Source: Jimgerdemannia flammicorona (Eukaryota). From it: a stretch of 48,091 nucleotides of DNA. Shown here piece after piece: positions 47,100 through 48,091 of this stretch. Positions within the stretch are counted from its first letter, which is position 1. Every line of letters begins with the position of its first letter. The notes under the pieces were generated by a model. It was not told the DNA's origin. It saw nothing but the letters and a program-made list of their open reading frames with translations, and ran no database searches. The position numbers and the translations under genes are program-made. The DNA lies in contig RBNJ01000039.1 in assembly GCA_003990765.1 (NCBI GenBank), positions 1-48,091 of the forward strand, given 5' to 3'.

Positions 47100-47830
47100 C
47101 TGAATTTTCTGGCCTATCAGAAATACAAAGAGATCAACTATAAAAGAGACTGTAAAACCAAGAACAAGATCTCTATCTGAGATCTACTATTAAAAATTCT
47201 TACTATTATTTATTAGTATTGCTGGCCATACTAAGATAAATAAAGAGTTAATCTCACTTTCATTTTTATAGAAGCCTTAGATTTACTTAGAAAAACTAAA
47301 TTCAACTATATAAAAAACCTAAAATCTGAAGTATATTAATTATTCTTTAAACTAGAATATATAGAGTTCTTACTTATAGTAATAACTACTGAGGTAATAT
47401 TTCTCAAGATTCAGTCAGTTATCTAAGTCAAACTGCTATTACCTTAGGCACAACCTCCTCTTATACAAATAAAAGAATCAGTAAGATATAATCTCTATCT
47501 TCTCTATCAGACAATACTCTATTCTAGGACTACTAGGACTTTGATCTTTAAATTGTACTTACTATACTACTTGAACATTATGGACAACTGATATCAAGAT
47601 CATCTCTAGTAGCTAAAGAAATTACAGTAGAAGAAAGAATCATTGATCAGAATTATCAAGGTCCTCTGAAGGTCATTATTCACAATAATAGTAAAAATTA
47701 CTGAGTCTTCAACCACTTGGAAGCCATCTGCCAAATTCTATTTATTAAGATATTATAGCCTACTATTCAAAAGATAAATTAACTAAACAGTATTGAGAGA
47801 ATAAGGAGGTTTTGAAAGTATTAATAGAAC
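47100..47830 (+). pseudogene. Second retroelement dUTPase relic, preceded by zinc-knuckle-like remnants
   Basis: HYGQLISRSSLVAKEITVEERIIDQNYQGPLKVIIHN...ICQILFIKI... with a terminal GF*S-like motif; upstream mutated CxxC...H motifs at ~47115-47230. Confidence 0.75.
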
Positions 47831-48091
47831 TTCTTAATCACTATCTATTAAAGTCCACTTAGTAATAGTAGCTCAGTTTTGATAAATGAAACTATATATC
47901 TACCACTTTATCTAAGCAAGAGAAGATATTTTCCTTCAATCATATAAACAAAAAAGCCTTAACATATCCCTTTGTCTGTAGATAAGATCGTCTTTTAAAA
48001 TCATTTAGCAGACAAATTAAAGTTTGAAAAAAATGATTTTTTGAAACATTGTTTTTCTGTTAAAAATATATCTCAATTTGTTTAAAAACAA

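Overview
Eukaryotic genomic DNA, almost certainly fungal. The HxDLHxGNI TKL-type kinase, short GT-AG introns with CTAAC branch points and heavy TE load suggest an early-diverging, Mucoromycota-like host (inference). About 1-33,970 and 44,500-47,900 are nested, degenerate transposons: Ty3/gypsy-type LTRs of three families (solo LTRs with TSDs, a tRNA-iMet-type PBS), a LINE RT, two gag-dUTPase retroelement relics, two ~7-8 kb hAT elements with a spliced transposase and a second convergent gene, and two hAT MITEs. Nearly all are riddled with C>T/G>A transitions at CpG and CpA (RIP-like). Between them lies a ~10.5 kb gene island with three intact genes: a cytoplasmic LRR-protein kinase (34184-39509), a TSTD2/TrhO-type rhodanese and Cu/Zn SOD1. 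The standout is the kinase. Its 21 RI-like LRRs are encoded one per ~84-nt phase-1 module, separated by homologous ~90-nt introns, with the most variable residues at the splice junctions. This architecture would suit combinatorial splicing or exon shuffling of an immune-like sensor. Exon coordinates were derived by hand from GT/AG signals and frame continuity; no expression data were available.
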